Positions 49,745-63,071 are shown, numbered from the whole stretch's first letter. The stretch: DNA of 63,071 nt, filler included, from Octopus bimaculoides (GCF_001194135.2; 5 parts of 5 records of this genome joined end to end with filler, not necessarily neighbours in it), one strand, 5' to 3'. Program-made: numbers and translations. The notes: a model not told the origin generated them from the sequence alone.

Positions 49745-52600
49745 ATTATTGGATTGATAATATCTTGCGTAAGACGTAAGTTTTTCCTAGCAAGGCTATT
49801 TTTCGGACAGTGTGTAGTGTTGAGGATCCAGGTATAGTTTCTACATTTTTGTTCATATGATTTTTTTTATCATACCCAATGCTCCAATTATTATTGGTAT
49901 AGTTTTTACGTTCATCTCCCACATTTTGAATATTTCAATATCGAGGTCTCTGTACTTCGACAATTTCTCATCTTTTTTTACTATTTTGATCAGAAGGGAC
50001 TACAACGTCTATCAGTAATTATTTTTTCCCCACTCCTTGACTATTATGTCTGGGCAGTTAGCTTTTACTTTTTTTTCGATTTGAACCAGTATATCCCAAA
50101 TGATTATGGCCTGATCATTATCTTGTACCTTGCTTGGCACATGCTTATACCACCCGTTGTGAGTTCTGATGTTGTAATGTTGGCATATTGTCCAGTGGAT
50201 ATAACTGCTTACTTTGTCGTGTCTGTATACATATTCAGACTTAGCAAGGACTAAACAGTCCGAGATGATGTCAATTGTCTCATTGTGCCGGTTGCACATT
50301 CTGCATTTGGTGTTGAGGCCTGTTTTCATTATTTTGCATTTTATAATTGTTTGTAGTCAGGCATTGGTCTTCTGCAGCGAGAATCAGTTTTTTCTGTTTC
50401 GGCTTTCATTCCTGAGCTTTTGAGCCATTTTACTTAGGCTCACTTCCTCTCTCTCCATTTCGGTTTCAGTATCTTTTGTAATTCAGTTTTCATGTTGTTT
50501 TTCGTCTCTCTGGCCATTTTTGTTATGTTGTCATCTGAGGCCTGTGTGTCAGAGTAGTTTACTTTTGTTTTGTATTTTGTCGCCTCTTTGTGTATAGAGA
50601 AAAGTGGTTTCTTTTTTTTTTTTTTACGTTGCTTTACTGCATGCAGTAGTCTTCCCCTCTTTATTTCTAAGTATTTTGCTAGTCCAACCGTTGTTAATTT
50701 ATAGTAGTTTTCTCTTTGAATCAGGCCACGGCCGCCTTCTGAGCGGAGTAGATACATTCTGTCTGTGTCTGCTTTGGGGTGGTGACTTCGGTACGCTGCT
50801 GATAATTTTCTGGTTTTTCTATCTAGGTTTCTCATTTCACTTATTTCAGTATATTATGTTAAAGCTGTAATTTATGACTGGTATGGCTAGCGTGTTTATC
50901 TCTATTATCTTATTTTTAGCATTAAGTTCAGTGTTTCATATTAGTCTAACTCTTCTGTAATTCTCTCTCCTAATTTTCGCTTTCATTTCTGTGCATTGCG
51001 TTTTAGCTATTTCTTCTATTCTTAGATATTTGTATAGGTGGTCGTTGTCTAATTCTCTAATTTCTGTGTCTATGTCGAGTGCAGTGTTTCCATTCCTGAA
51101 TAATTTGCCTCTTCTCAGTGTGACTTTGGCACATTTATTTAGCCTCATGCTCATTCCGATGTCATTACTGAAACTCTGAAGAATTTTGATAAGTGTTCTC
51201 TGTTCCATGGCGGTTTTAGCGTAACATTTTAGGTTATCCATGTATAGGAGATAGTTTATATTTTTACTTTTACTCAGGCTCACTTCCTCTCCTTGTCAAG
51301 CCTTGCAGAGTACTGGCCATGAAGTGCTTTTTCTCTCCATTTCAGATAGAAAACTACTATCTGATACAGTTGGAAAAGCAAAGTACTTAGAAAGAAAGAA
51401 GGATCAGAGCAAGACAGAAAAGTAAGGGTGACAGTGAGTCTCCCTGGAAAATTCCTCTTTTTATGGGTATAGGTAGGTTTTAATAACTTGGGAGTCACTT
51501 TTTAATGTTATGCTGGTTTTTCACTTTGCCGTTGCATGTTTAATATATTTTAGTAGTGGTGGGGATACCTGATCTGTGTGGAGAGATTCCAGTGTCCATG
51601 AGTGTGGAACAGCGTTTAATGCCTTCTGATAATCAATCCAAGTCGTGTTCAGGTTTGTCTTTCTCTTCTTATAGTCCCTTATAATTGCTCAGTTTACCAG
51701 AAGTTGCTCCTTACAGTCATACATCCCTCTCCGGCACCCTTTTTGTTCTTTTGGTAAGACATTGTTGTCCTGCAGATGCTTTATAAACCGGTTATAGTTG
51801 ACTGAATGTTAGGGTTTTGTGGGATGTAATTTTGTAGGTTTACGGTGTCGTTGTTTTAGGGAATTAGGGTGGTTTGCACTTCCAGCATCCAGTTTGATGT
51901 CGATTTTGGCTCACTTGTCAATAAATTGAACGATACCACTAAGTGGGTACTGTTGAGGTGTTTCAACCAGAAGTTGGGGACCTTGTCTATCCCTGGAGTT
52001 TCCAGTTGTCGGCACTTCTCAGTGTGTCCATGATTTCTTGGCCTGTGATGGTGGGCCATATCTGTTGTTCTATTCTGTTCTTTCTTTCCTTTTCCCTACT
52101 AATGGACTGAGCATTTTTGTTGTATTGTATTGGTTTGCTCTGTATTGATTCCCAGTATGACTGAATCACTGATGTCATTTTTTCGTTCAACTTCCAATAA
52201 AAAACTTTTTGTGTTTATTTTGAATTCTCTATTTTGTTGGAAGAAGCGTTCCCGTTTTTCATACCGTTATATGCGGCATGTTTTTGCAGCTATGTTCTGT
52301 TTAATGTTTTTTTCTTTTACCTCCCAGGTATCTTCCTTATTTTTTTATATTGTATTGTCTTGTTATATAGGCCTTTTTTATTTTTCATATTTGATCCCGT
52401 TTTATCTAATTCACAAAATAGTGATAAGTCTTTCTTTTGTTTTTGAATTTTATTTATTCTAATGTTTCCATTTTGGGGTTTGAGATTTGGCCGGGAATTT
52501 TTTTTCTTTGTCAGGGTCAAGTCCAGTTCCCTAAAGTAGATCAGGTTATTTTTTGGTTGTATGCTATTTTTGCTTTCGTATCTTGAGTGATTCAAGCTCA
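49745..52600 (-). mobile_element. R4/Dong-like LINE, long decayed copy (RT, CCHC, RLE)
   Basis: GIFQGDSLSPLLFCLAL, YLLYMDNLK (YMDD box), CRMC..ETI..IISDC..LA..EY..RHD zinc knuckle, PDIIV, IPIIIGALG, KIALLG..LRKILSIQ. Confidence 0.9.
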
Positions 52601-52687
52601 TAGATGAAAATTCGACTTTATTTTAAAAAAAAACCCAGAAAAGCCGTTGGAAAACCAATTATGGCAGCGACTCCATCAATTCCTAGG

Positions 52688-52726
52688 GATATCTGAAGAA
52701 GGAATTTTATTCAGAAATATCATATC
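52688..52726 (+). ncRNA. Minimal type I hammerhead ribozyme, one mismatch in stem II
   Basis: GATAT-CTGAAGA-A-GGAAT-ttt-ATTCA-GAAA-TA-TC-ATATC: stem I, both core boxes, stem II, palindromic ATAT stem III, AUC site. Confidence 0.6.
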
Positions 52727-53275
52727 AGACTATGGATGATTAAATTACAACAGTTATTATAATCCATTGTTTTGTATTATAGTGCATTGTGTGTCATTCA
52801 AGACATTTTATTCTTTACAAACAATACACAATGCTTCAAGCGAATTACAATACTCTCCTACCACCTCTATTTGTTTATGCATGTACGTATGCATGTATGT
52901 TTGTAAGTTTGAATGCATATATGTACCAATGTACTATGCATGCATGTATGTATGCATGTATGTATGTATGTATGCCTATATGTTTGAATATATGTATGTA
53001 TTTAGGTACTATGNNNNNNNNNNTGTACTATGCATGCATGTATGTATGCATGTATGTATGTATGTATGCCTATATGTTTGAATATATGTATGTATTTAGG
53101 TACTATGTATGTATGTATTTAGGTACTATGTATGTATGTGTGAGGGTATGTATGTATGTGTGAGGGTATGTATGCTTGTATGTTTGATATATATGTGTGT
53201 ATGTATGTATACATGTATGTTTGAATATATTTATGCATGTATATACGCATGTATACATGCATGTATATATGTATG

Positions 53276-53342
<67 letters not shown>

Positions 53343-53445
53343 GTATGTATGCTTAAATGCATGTACGAATGTATGTAGGCATGAAGATATATATGTATAT
53401 ATATATATGCATGCATGTATGTATGTATGTATGTATGTATGTGTT

Positions 53446-53880
53446 GAGGCACAATGGCCCAGTGGTTAGGACAGCGGACTCGTGGTCGTAGGATCGCGGT
53501 TTCGATTCCCAGACTGGGCGTTGTGAGTGTTTATTGAGCGAAAACACCTAAAGCTCCACGAGGCTCCGGCAGAGGATGGTGGTGAACCCTGCTGTACTCT
53601 TTCACCACCATNNNNNNNNNNTCCGGCAGAGGATGGTGGTGAACCCTGCTGTACTCTTTCACCACCATTTTCTCTCACTCTTACTTCCTGTTTCTGTTGT
53701 ACCTGTATTTCAAAAGGAGCCAAACTTGTCACACTGTGTCACGCTGAATATCCCCGAGAACTGCGTTAAGAGTCACGTGTCTGTGGAGTGCTCAGCCACT
53801 TGCACGTCAATTTCATGAGCAGGCTGTTCCGTTGATCGGATCAACTGGAACCTTCGTCGTCGTAACCGACGGAGTGCCGA
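53446..53880 (+). mobile_element. tRNA-derived SINE family C, full length
   Basis: A box TGGCCCAGTGG, B box GGTTTCGATTCCC, unique body, tail GGATCAACTGGAACCTTCGTCGTCGTAACCGACGGAGTGCC; flanked on both sides by (TATG)n. Confidence 0.85.
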
Positions 53881-53994
53881 CATGTATGTATGTATGTATG
53901 TATGTTTCAAAATACGTATGTATGAATGTATAATGTTCGGGCTACAGTTTGTATAAAAGGTAGTGAAAGCATAATATCTCATTCAAAAGTAAAG

Positions 53995-54500
53995 AATTCT
54001 TTAAAAATTTGAAATATCCCTAACTTTCAGCACGGCCTCATGACGGCTCCAAAACCTGGTGCATGCTTTCTCCATTGTGTCGTTGAGAAGTTCTTCGAAC
54101 AAATCCGTAATCTTGGCCATCATCTCGGCCTTGGTGTTGGAGGTAGGGTGTTTGGTGTCTTTCTGAACTGCCCCGACGCACGGTAGTCGATGGGTTTAGG
54201 AGGCTAAAATTTGGGACTGTTGAAGCCTAGAAATTCTACAACCCGTTTTGACTCTTTCCGGAGGTATGGCAAGGATATTGCCATACATATAGCCTTCCAA
54301 CAGCAACCCTCTTCTTGACCCAGGGCGTGACCATTTTCTCCAGGAGCTTCACATAACTGTCTGAACTGAGCCTAAGATTTTGTTCAAATGTGTGGACGGT
54401 ACAACGTCACCACCACTGATTCGATGAACTTGATTTTAATGATACATAGGACACCACATGGAATCATATCGGCATTTTGAAACCCGGCGCGAATCATTAT
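53995..54500 (-). mobile_element. Tc1-like (DD37D/maT-type) transposase remnant
   Basis: LRLSSDSYVKLLEKMVTPWVKKRVAVGRLYVWQ..PCHTSGKSQ and downstream NTKAEMMAKITD..KAC.RF-like motifs. Confidence 0.7.
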
Positions 54501-54690
54501 CACTCAGATAACTCTTTTCTAATATCCAAATGGCTTCCAGTCCTTCAACTACAACATTTATCTTTATAGTCTCAGACACCGTTGAGTGTTCACCAGTACA
54601 TCTAACTCTTCATGAAAAAGGAGGCATAACATTTGCCAAATTTAGCCCTAGCATTCTGTCTTGTGTCTAATAAACACCATGGTCACATTG

Positions 54691-54908
54691 AAGGCGGCTG
54701 CTGGCAGTGTCGTTTATCATGTCGAGCAAAATGCTTAGCGGATATTTCGTCATCTTTACTTTCTGAGTTCAAATTCTACCTCGGTCATCTTTGCTTTTCA
54801 TCCTTTCTAAGTCGTTAAAATGAGTACGAGCTGAGCACCGGAACCGAAGTAATCGACTTTAGCCCCTCCCTTGAAATTGCTGGCCTTGTGCCAAACTATG
54901 AAATCAAT
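54691..54908 (+). mobile_element. SINE family A
   Basis: AAGGCGG..AAATGCTTAGCGGATATTTCG..TTTCATCCTTTC..TGCTGGCCTTGTGCCAAA. Confidence 0.85.
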
Positions 54909-55430
54909 GTTATAGTCATTTTGGCATTGGTCCAACCAGGGCTATAAATTTCAGTAGTTTGGCGAATGTGCAGTGGTGCAGGTCTCAATCAGGATGATGG
55001 TGTTGCAGGCAGAACGCCGTAGCCACATAACCTTTACTATGTTCTTGTGATTGCCGTTCGTATACTTGTTGTTATTGTTGTTGTTGTTGTTATTGTCGTT
55101 TATGATCTTGTTTTTGCTGCAGTTGTTGCCGATCTTCACACTGACAACATCATAATTATCAACACGATCAAATATTTTCTCCATTATCATGTTATTGGTG
55201 CTACAAAAATAATATCTTTGACTTCGTAATGTTGCCGTTGAAGTATATTCAGCGTAGAAGTACATGCAGAGCATGTACCAATATGTGTGTGTGTGTGTGT
55301 GTAGTTAACTAATATATACAGCAATTTTATCCATATACATTCAGTAATGTTCATATATANNNNNNNNNNNNNNNNNNNNNNNNNNNNNNNNNNNNNNNNN
55401 NNNNNNNNNNNNNNNNNNNNNNNNNNNNNN

Positions 55431-55461
<31 letters not shown>

Positions 55462-55667
55462 AGCACATACATATAACGGGTATATGTGTCTGTGCATGCA
55501 TGCGCACAGTTGTATACATACGTATATATGTTTGCGCGTGTGCGTTTGTATGTATGTATATGTATACATACAAGCACACACACATAAAGGTAAATAAATA
55601 GATAACCGCATTTTTGTTTTTTTATTCGCTTTATTTACACTTACATATGTGTGTGTTGCATGTATGC

Positions 55668-55723
<56 letters not shown>

Positions 55724-56299
55724 NNNNNNNNNNNNNNNNNNNNNNNNNNNNNNNNNNNNNNNNNNNNNNNNNNNNNNNNNNNNNNNNNNNNNNNNNNNNN
55801 NNNNNNNNNNNNNNNNNNNNNNNNNNNNNNNNNNNNNNNNNNNNNNNNNNNNNNNNNNNNNNNNNNNNNNNNNNNNNNNNNNNNNNNNNNNNNNNNNNNN
55901 NNNNNNNNNNNNNNNNNNNNNNNNNNNNNNNNNNNNNNNNNNNNNNNNNNNNNNNNNNNNNNNNNNNNNNNNNNNNNNNNNNNNNNNNNNNNNNNNNNNN
56001 NNNNNNNNNNNNNNNNNNNNNNNNNNNNNNNNNNNNNNNNNNNNNNNNNNNNNNNNNNNNNNNNNNNNNNNNNNNNNNNNNNNNNNNNNNNNNNNNNNNN
56101 NNNNNNNNNNNNNNNNNNNNNNNNNNNNNNNNNNNNNNNNNNNATATATATATATATATATATATACGTATATACAAATATACGTATATGTATATATACG
56201 TCTTCATTTAATCATATGCCTGGGAATTACATGCTTGGAAATATTTATTCAGATATTTACTCGGAAAGAGAAAGTTGGGGAGATAGAGAGTGGGAGAGT

Positions 56300-56430
56300 G
56301 AGGGGCTGAAAGGGAGAGACAGAGTGAGGGGGGCGGAGAGAAAGCAAGAGAGGATACAAATGTGAAAGCGAGGGAGAGAAACAGATACAGAGAGAGAGAG
56401 AGAGAAAGAGAGAGGGAGAGAGAGAGGGTT
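56300..56430. repeat. Purine-rich (GA)n tract
   Basis: Direct reading. Confidence 0.85.
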
Positions 56431-56800
56431 GTTTTCCAATTTCTTATGAACATTACAAGGTGTCCTGGTTACAATGAAGAAGAAAATAATATAGAATAAA
56501 ATAAAATGAAATAAAATAAATATAAAAATAAAACGAAAAGCAAAAGTAAAAACAAATGAAAACAAAACACATTGCATGGAAATGGTTTGGCTGTGCGGAA
56601 CAGATCATATAGAGTTCATTTCAACCTTAACTATCCCTTTCACTCTTACTCCAACCCAAATACACCCTCTCCTCCCTTCCTTTTCTCTCTTCCCTTCCCA
56701 ATCTCTTTCTCTCTTTCTCTATCTTCCCCGGCTCTCTATATATATATTTCTCTTCGGTTCTTTCTCTCTCTTTCTCTATTTCTCTTCGGATCTCTCCGTT

Positions 56801-56842
<42 letters not shown>

Positions 56843-58681
56843 TCACCGGGGTTTTTATATAGGAAGACATCACCATTTGATGTATGAGATGAATAAGAGG
56901 AATGAAAAGGCTCTATTTCATGTTTCACTAGATCGTGTCTGTCCACAGACTCGTAGGTTTTTGTAACGTTTTGTAGAAAGTCGTCAGAGCTTGGAAAACA
57001 CCCTCTAAGGTTACTTCCGCCTCTGTAATGTCCAACACGTTTCACTCGTCTATATTGAGTGTAATATATTAAACACAATTGCTTTCAAGTTATTTGTTAC
57101 AAGCTGTTCCTGAACTGCAGATTTTTCTAATATTATTTTTAGAATTATCTTTACATCTAAGTTGTAAATTATTTTCGTTCGTTACAAATAAAACCCCACC
57201 ACCACCACCAACCTGCACCCTCAGCACAATGGAGATACTGACAGGAAGGCAATTTTGTTGATTTCGCTAATATGAGATATGTGTTTGTGTTGTTATTGTT
57301 TTCTTTTCTTTTTTTTTTGTATGTTTTATTTTTTTTTTTCCTCTCTTCGTTTTCTGTTCGTGTGTGTTTGCCAGTGTATGTCCATGTTAGTGAATCTGAG
57401 TGTGCCTATATGTGCAAATGAAGCCATACATATATATACATAGATATAGATATAGATGCAGGTACCGAAATACATAATTTTATACATGTGTATATATATA
57501 TGTGAGTATGTGTATACATATATGTATCTATCTATCGATCTATATATATATAATACATATGTATAATATATATAGATATTATACATATGCATAAAGCTTC
57601 ATAGCTTCATTAACATTATGTAGTGGTTAATACACACACAGAAGTACACATATACATAAAACTATCTCTTATAAGTTTGTGTGTGCATATACGTGTTTGT
57701 GTGTTTCTGTGCGTGTGTGTGTGTGTGTGTGTGTTTCTGTTCGTCTATATGTATATAATATACAGTCATTACATGGGTTTACATAGTGAATAGCTAAGTT
57801 ATATGCATTTGGGTAAAGTAAATAACAAATGATGTAAATGATATATGCATCCTATTTTGCTACTGAAACACATTAAAACATACACTTACACACATAATGA
57901 GCACGCGCGTACACACGTATATATAAAACACATGCATTTAAATGTGCATGCTTATATATAGACACACATGTATGTACATATATATGCATAAACATACATA
58001 TATATATATATATATATCGGTTTGTATGCATATGTATATATGCATTTATGTATGCATGTATATATATGTGTGTGTGTGTGTGTGTATGTGTGTCTGTGTG
58101 CTTTGTGTGTATATATGTGTATATATATATACGTGAGTGGGGGATATATATATAAATATACATATACAGATATACACACACACACACACACACATATATA
58201 TATGTATATACATATACAAACACAGATATATATATATATATATATATANNNNNNNNNNNNNNNNNNNNNNNNNNNNNNNNNNNNNNNNNNNNNNNNNNNN
58301 NNNNNNNNNNNNNNNNNNNNNNNNNNNNNNNNNNNNNNNNNNNNNNNNNNNNNNNNNNNNNNNNNNNNNNNNNNNNNNNNNNNNNNNNNNNNNNNNNNNN
58401 NNNNNNNNNNNNNNNNNNNNNNNNNNNNNNNNNNNNNNNNNNNNNNNNNNNNNNNNNNNNNNNNNNNNNNNNNNNNNNNNNNNNNNNNNNNNNNNNNNNN
58501 NNNNNNNNNNNNNNNNNNNNNNNNNNNNNNNNNNNNNNNNNNNNNNNNNNNNNNNNNNNNNNNNNNNNNNNNNNNNNNNNNNNNNNNNNNNNNNNNNNNN
58601 NNNNNNNNNNNNNNNNNNNNNNNNNNNNNNNNNNNNNNNNNNNNNNNNNNNNNNNNNNNNNNNNNNNNNNNNNNNNNNNNN

Positions 58682-58712
<31 letters not shown>

Positions 58713-59113
58713 GCATATGCTGTTGGATATATTGATAGAAATATGCAGTCTTAACAAATACCTACAAGAAATTATATACTTGCTTATATATATGTGTGCG
58801 TGTGTGTGTTTGTTAGTGTGTGTGTAGATACATAAATATGTACACATGTATGTATGCTTAGATATGTTTTTCGTATTCTACCTATATACATATTTTTGCA
58901 TCTATAAATATATGTATGCAAACATACATTAATATTTATGTCTATGTATGTACGTATGTATGCATGTATGTATGTATGAATGCATGTATGTATGTATATA
59001 TGTAAGTATGCATGTATGTATGCATATAAGTGTGTGTGTGTATAGGTATGCATGTATGCATATATAGATAGATATCAATTTATATATACTAATATATAAC
59101 TATATATATATAT

Positions 59114-59162
<49 letters not shown>

Positions 59163-60195
59163 TGCATACATACATACATGTGTATATATTGTTTGTATAT
59201 ATGTGTATTTGTGTTCATACACTTAAATACTACTCTCTTACACTCTCCCACAAAACATATACATATATTACATGCCCATGTTTTTTTTTTTAATATATAT
59301 ATACACTTATGCACATTCTATTTGACTGTGTCTGTACATGTTTAAGTATGTTCATACGCATGTTCATACATACATATGTTAATTTCGAATTCCCATTTCA
59401 TTAAATATTGGTATAAGTTAAGATGAAAGAAAATAACCCCAAGAAAACGATATGTTTTGGAAACACTACTATGGAACAAGTTCATACGCAAATGAAGCAT
59501 GAAATATGAATTTTTACACTCGCAACTTATCGACAGATGCATTCAGTCTATAACATCTCAATAACGCCTCAGAAAATTGCAATCCTGCATTCCAAACACT
59601 ATTTTAACATGGAAATGAATGACAGGATCAGATTTTTTATTTTTAGTTATCATTATCATCGGGATTATTATTTTTGTTATTATTATTATCGTTAATTTTA
59701 TTTATTTACTGTTATTATTAATACTATTTGTAATTATTGGATGAGGGCTAATGTGCAGAAGGTGGATCTGCTTTCGAGTAATTTTGGATAAAGACGGGTG
59801 AGAACTGCAAGATTGACCTTCAGGTGACAATTGAGCCTCCGCTTAATTTGAGCCTCTGGTTTGGAAAGTAACACTATGTAAGAGCACTAACGGTGATCTT
59901 AGATTTGTAATGTCTTCCATTGGTGCTGATCCCTGCTGAAATTTCACTTCTCAATCACCACCATTATCATTATCATCATCATACTTTTTTTTTTTTTTGT
60001 CTTTAGGGCCTTCGATCTGCAGAATTGGCAGAGTGTCGGAAAATATGTTTCGCGATATTGTTCCCACTCTTTGCTTATACTATTAGTGTAAATACCGAAC
60101 GGTAAAGTCAACTTTATTTTAACATGTCTTCGAGGCCACGATGACATTGACTTATGCTCTTCTCTCCAAACTGCTGTCCTTGTGCCCCAAACAGA

Positions 60196-60197
<2 letters not shown>

Positions 60198-60281
<84 letters not shown>

Positions 60282-60377
60282 GTTCAGTAGTTTTAGTTTT
60301 ATAACGTGCTTTCACTTCACTACCGAGCGCAGCTCTGTGCGCCTTGGGTATGTGCTGTGGTTTGCTGTGATGCTCTT
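60198..60377 (-). mobile_element. Probable R4/Dong-like 3' UTR with (AAT)n tail, cut by linker
   Basis: Unique ~95 bp segment abutting a long (ATT)n; recalled similarity to 3' UTRs of this LINE group, not verified. Confidence 0.4.
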
Positions 60378-60477
60378 NNNNNNNNNNNNNNNNNNNNNNN
60401 NNNNNNNNNNNNNNNNNNNNNTTAATTAATTAANNNNNNNNNNNNNNNNNNNNNNNNNNNNNNNNNNNNNNNNNNNN
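60378..60477. other. Artificial scaffold linker
   Basis: N44-TTAATTAATTAA-N44. Confidence 0.95.
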
Positions 60478-60544
60478 ATATGTATGTATGTATGTATATA
60501 TAAAGAAGACCACTAGGTGGACTGTTAATGTGCTAGATCACATG

Positions 60545-60582
<38 letters not shown>

Positions 60583-61312
60583 ATATATATATGTAAATAG
60601 TATAAGTATGTGTGTGTGTGTGCGTGTGCGCGCGTGTGTATGTGTGTGCGTGCGTGTGTGTGTGTGTGTGTGTGTATGTGTGTGTGTTGTGTAATTTATT
60701 AACATAAGTGGAGAATAGTCTTATTCTATGAATTTATATGTATGAAAAGGAAAAATATAACGATAGGTTTTTTTGTTTTTTTTTTCAGAATAATTGTTTC
60801 CGTATCGAAGTTCAAGTGAAAACATATTGATACGCGTATGTTTAAGGTGTGTTTGGCATATATAATTTATGTAAACATATCACATGGCGGTGCCCCAGCA
60901 TGGACACAGCCTTAGGGCTGAAACATATAAAAGAATGAATATATGATAAAAGTGATCTGGATGGAAGAGAACAAAGAAAAATAAGGTGTCAGGTGTTGCT
61001 TCTAGTCATTTCTATGGGAAAAAGTTTTAGTTTATACATTTTAGAGTTTTACAGATAAAAGGCATTTTTTTTTTTTTTTGCTTTTTGTTTTGGGGGAGTT
61101 TTTTTCTTTGTAGTTTAGGAAAAAAGTCATATTTAACTGACCTGGATCCGGTTTCTCTTATTTCAGCTCCCCAACATTACAGAATTTTTCCATATTTTTT
61201 CCTCATTTAAAACCATGTGCGGTTTAATGATTAAATAGGCAAGGCGCTTGTAACATTTCCTAAAAAAGGAACGCACACAGACACACAAACACACGTATAA
61301 TATATACATATT

Positions 61313-61348
<36 letters not shown>

Positions 61349-61426
61349 TATACATACATACATACATACATACATGCATACATGCATACATACATACATA
61401 CATACATACATACATACATACATACA

Positions 61427-61790
61427 TCAAAAACCTGGAAAAATTAGAGTTCTCAAAACCTGAAAGAAAAAGGCTGATTAGAAGACTACAGATTCAAGCC
61501 ATCAATGGAACTGTAAAGAAATGTAAAACTTTCCAAAATTTAGCACATAAATACATATGCATGCATCTAGACATGAAAATACATACATAAAAAAGCATCA
61601 ATAAAACAAACATACAAATCTGCGCATACACTAACACCAAATACTGCACACACACACATATGCACAAATACCTAGATGATGTTGATAAAAGTTCCAATGA
61701 AGGAGCCTTGAATCTATGTTAGAGTCCGGCTCTTTCTCTATTGACAAGAAATACAGAAATGAAACTGATTGATAACATACATACATACAT
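61427..61790 (+). mobile_element. R4/Dong-like LINE, extreme 3' end between (CATA)n tracts
   Basis: Nearly identical to the reverse complement of 33445-33830; ends CTGATTGATAACATACATAC. Confidence 0.9.
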
Positions 61791-61821
61791 ACATATATAG
61801 ATAAATACGTATATACATACA

Positions 61822-62468
61822 TAACCCACAGTATGGTAGACGCCATAGCCATTCATAATAAAAGGGCTTGCTGGTGGAATGTTCCAGTGAAAACCTCAAT
61901 ATCAACAGACCTGATATAAGAATTTGGGATAAAGAAGAGAAACTGTGTACAGTTGTGGAAATTAGCTGCCCGGCGGATGTTAACATAAAGCTGAAGATCA
62001 GTGAAAAAGAGAACATCTACGCTGAACTGTTGAGAAATCTGCANNNNNNNNNNTTGAGCCCTGAGATATGTAACACACTGCCTAAATACCAATCTTGAGA
62101 AGTTATACTTCTCAAAACCAGAAAGGAGAAAGCTGATTCGAAAACTACAGATCCAATCCATCACTGGAACTGTAAAAGTCTGTGAAACTTTCCAGAAGTT
62201 TATCCTTTAAATATATATGAGCATATCTAGGCAGGCAAATATATGCATGAGAATACATACATACACAACATACGCATACATACATACATACATACATACA
62301 TACATACATACATACATACATACAAAAATATGTTGTTGATGTTGAATTTCCAATGAATGAGCCGTGGAACTAGGTTAGAAACCCACTCTTACTCTATTGG
62401 CAATAAATCTTGAAATAAAACTCAATAATGACATACATACGTACATGCAATCATGCATACATACATAC

Positions 62469-62499
<31 letters not shown>

Positions 62500-62640
62500 C
62501 ATGCAAAAATATCTTGTTGATGAAATTCCAGTGATGGAGCCTTTCTTCTATTGGCAAGAAATCTTGAAATAAAACGGAATAATGACATACATACGTACAT
62601 GCAATCATCCATACTTACATACATGAAGGGTCTCATTTTT
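61822..62640 (+). mobile_element. R4/Dong-like LINE 3' end (RLE) with duplicated 3' UTR module
   Basis: IRIWDKEEKLCTVVEISCPADVNIKLKISEKENIYAELLRNL matches the 33790-34098 ORF. Confidence 0.85.
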
Positions 62641-62733
62641 GTAATATAGTGAGTAGGAAAACTTCGATCATTTAAGATTATCCTTACAATTAGTGGGCAC
62701 ACTCACATATATCTTTTTGTGTCTGAGCGTGTA

Positions 62734-62769
<36 letters not shown>

Positions 62770-63071
62770 AGAGAGAGAGTGTGTGTGTGAATGTGTGGGT
62801 GTGTATACGCGAATTTACACGTATGTTTATTGTGCATGTATATGTATATTTGACTACAGTTTTTACCTAATGTTAAAAAATATCCACTTGCATAAAATTC
62901 ACAAAAATACATGCAAAAACACTCTCATTCACTTAAGACGTATGTGCTTGTGTGTATACATCTAAAGAAAATAATATCATACTCACACATATAGATATAA
63001 ATGTAAACACACACATATGCATATGTATATGAGCATATACACACAAGTATATATATATATGTGTGTGTATA

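Noticed and set aside
53446-53515. tRNA gene
   Set aside because: It has A and B boxes but continues into a repeated SINE body, and no full cloverleaf is evident. The same applies to 8688 and 43447.
56950-57000. CTGACGA..AAAACGTT on the minus strand
   Set aside because: No stem I or stem II complementarity.
1735-63071. Dozens of ORFs reading YVCM, HTHT, IYIY, SLSL, poly-I or poly-L
   Set aside because: Translations of microsatellites; no coding signal.

Overview
Repeat-dominated, AT-rich eukaryotic non-coding DNA. The SINE families, the (TA)n/(CA)n/(CATA)n/(AAT)n density and the TTAGGG-type telomere repeat suggest an octopus (cephalopod) genome; this is inference, not a database match. I could not support any intact host protein-coding gene, tRNA, rRNA or CRISPR array. 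Almost all supplied ORFs are microsatellite or N-gap artefacts. Four identical N44-TTAATTAATTAA-N44 linkers show the window is five scaffolds joined artificially, so adjacency across 14711, 30490, 47265 and 60378 is not biological evidence. Recognisable content is decayed transposons: a near-complete Gypsy (Mag-like) LTR element, R4/Dong-type RLE LINEs, RTE LINEs, Penelope remnants, mariner/Tc1/Tigger copies and MITEs, hAT MITEs, Helitron/Helentron pieces, and about 20 tRNA-derived SINE copies. The best leads are: (1) an R4/Dong-like LINE family whose three copies all sit between (CATA)n tracts, suggesting microsatellite targeting; (2) a 1.3 kb degenerate telomere array at a scaffold start with almost perfect 6-nt register; (3) a 290 bp fold-back with a 60 bp perfect stem; (4) minimal hammerhead-ribozyme relics; (5) a templated, partly inverted insertion inside a LINE RT. 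All were found by eye and none was verified computationally. Boundaries are approximate unless TIR/TSD/LTR ends are quoted.
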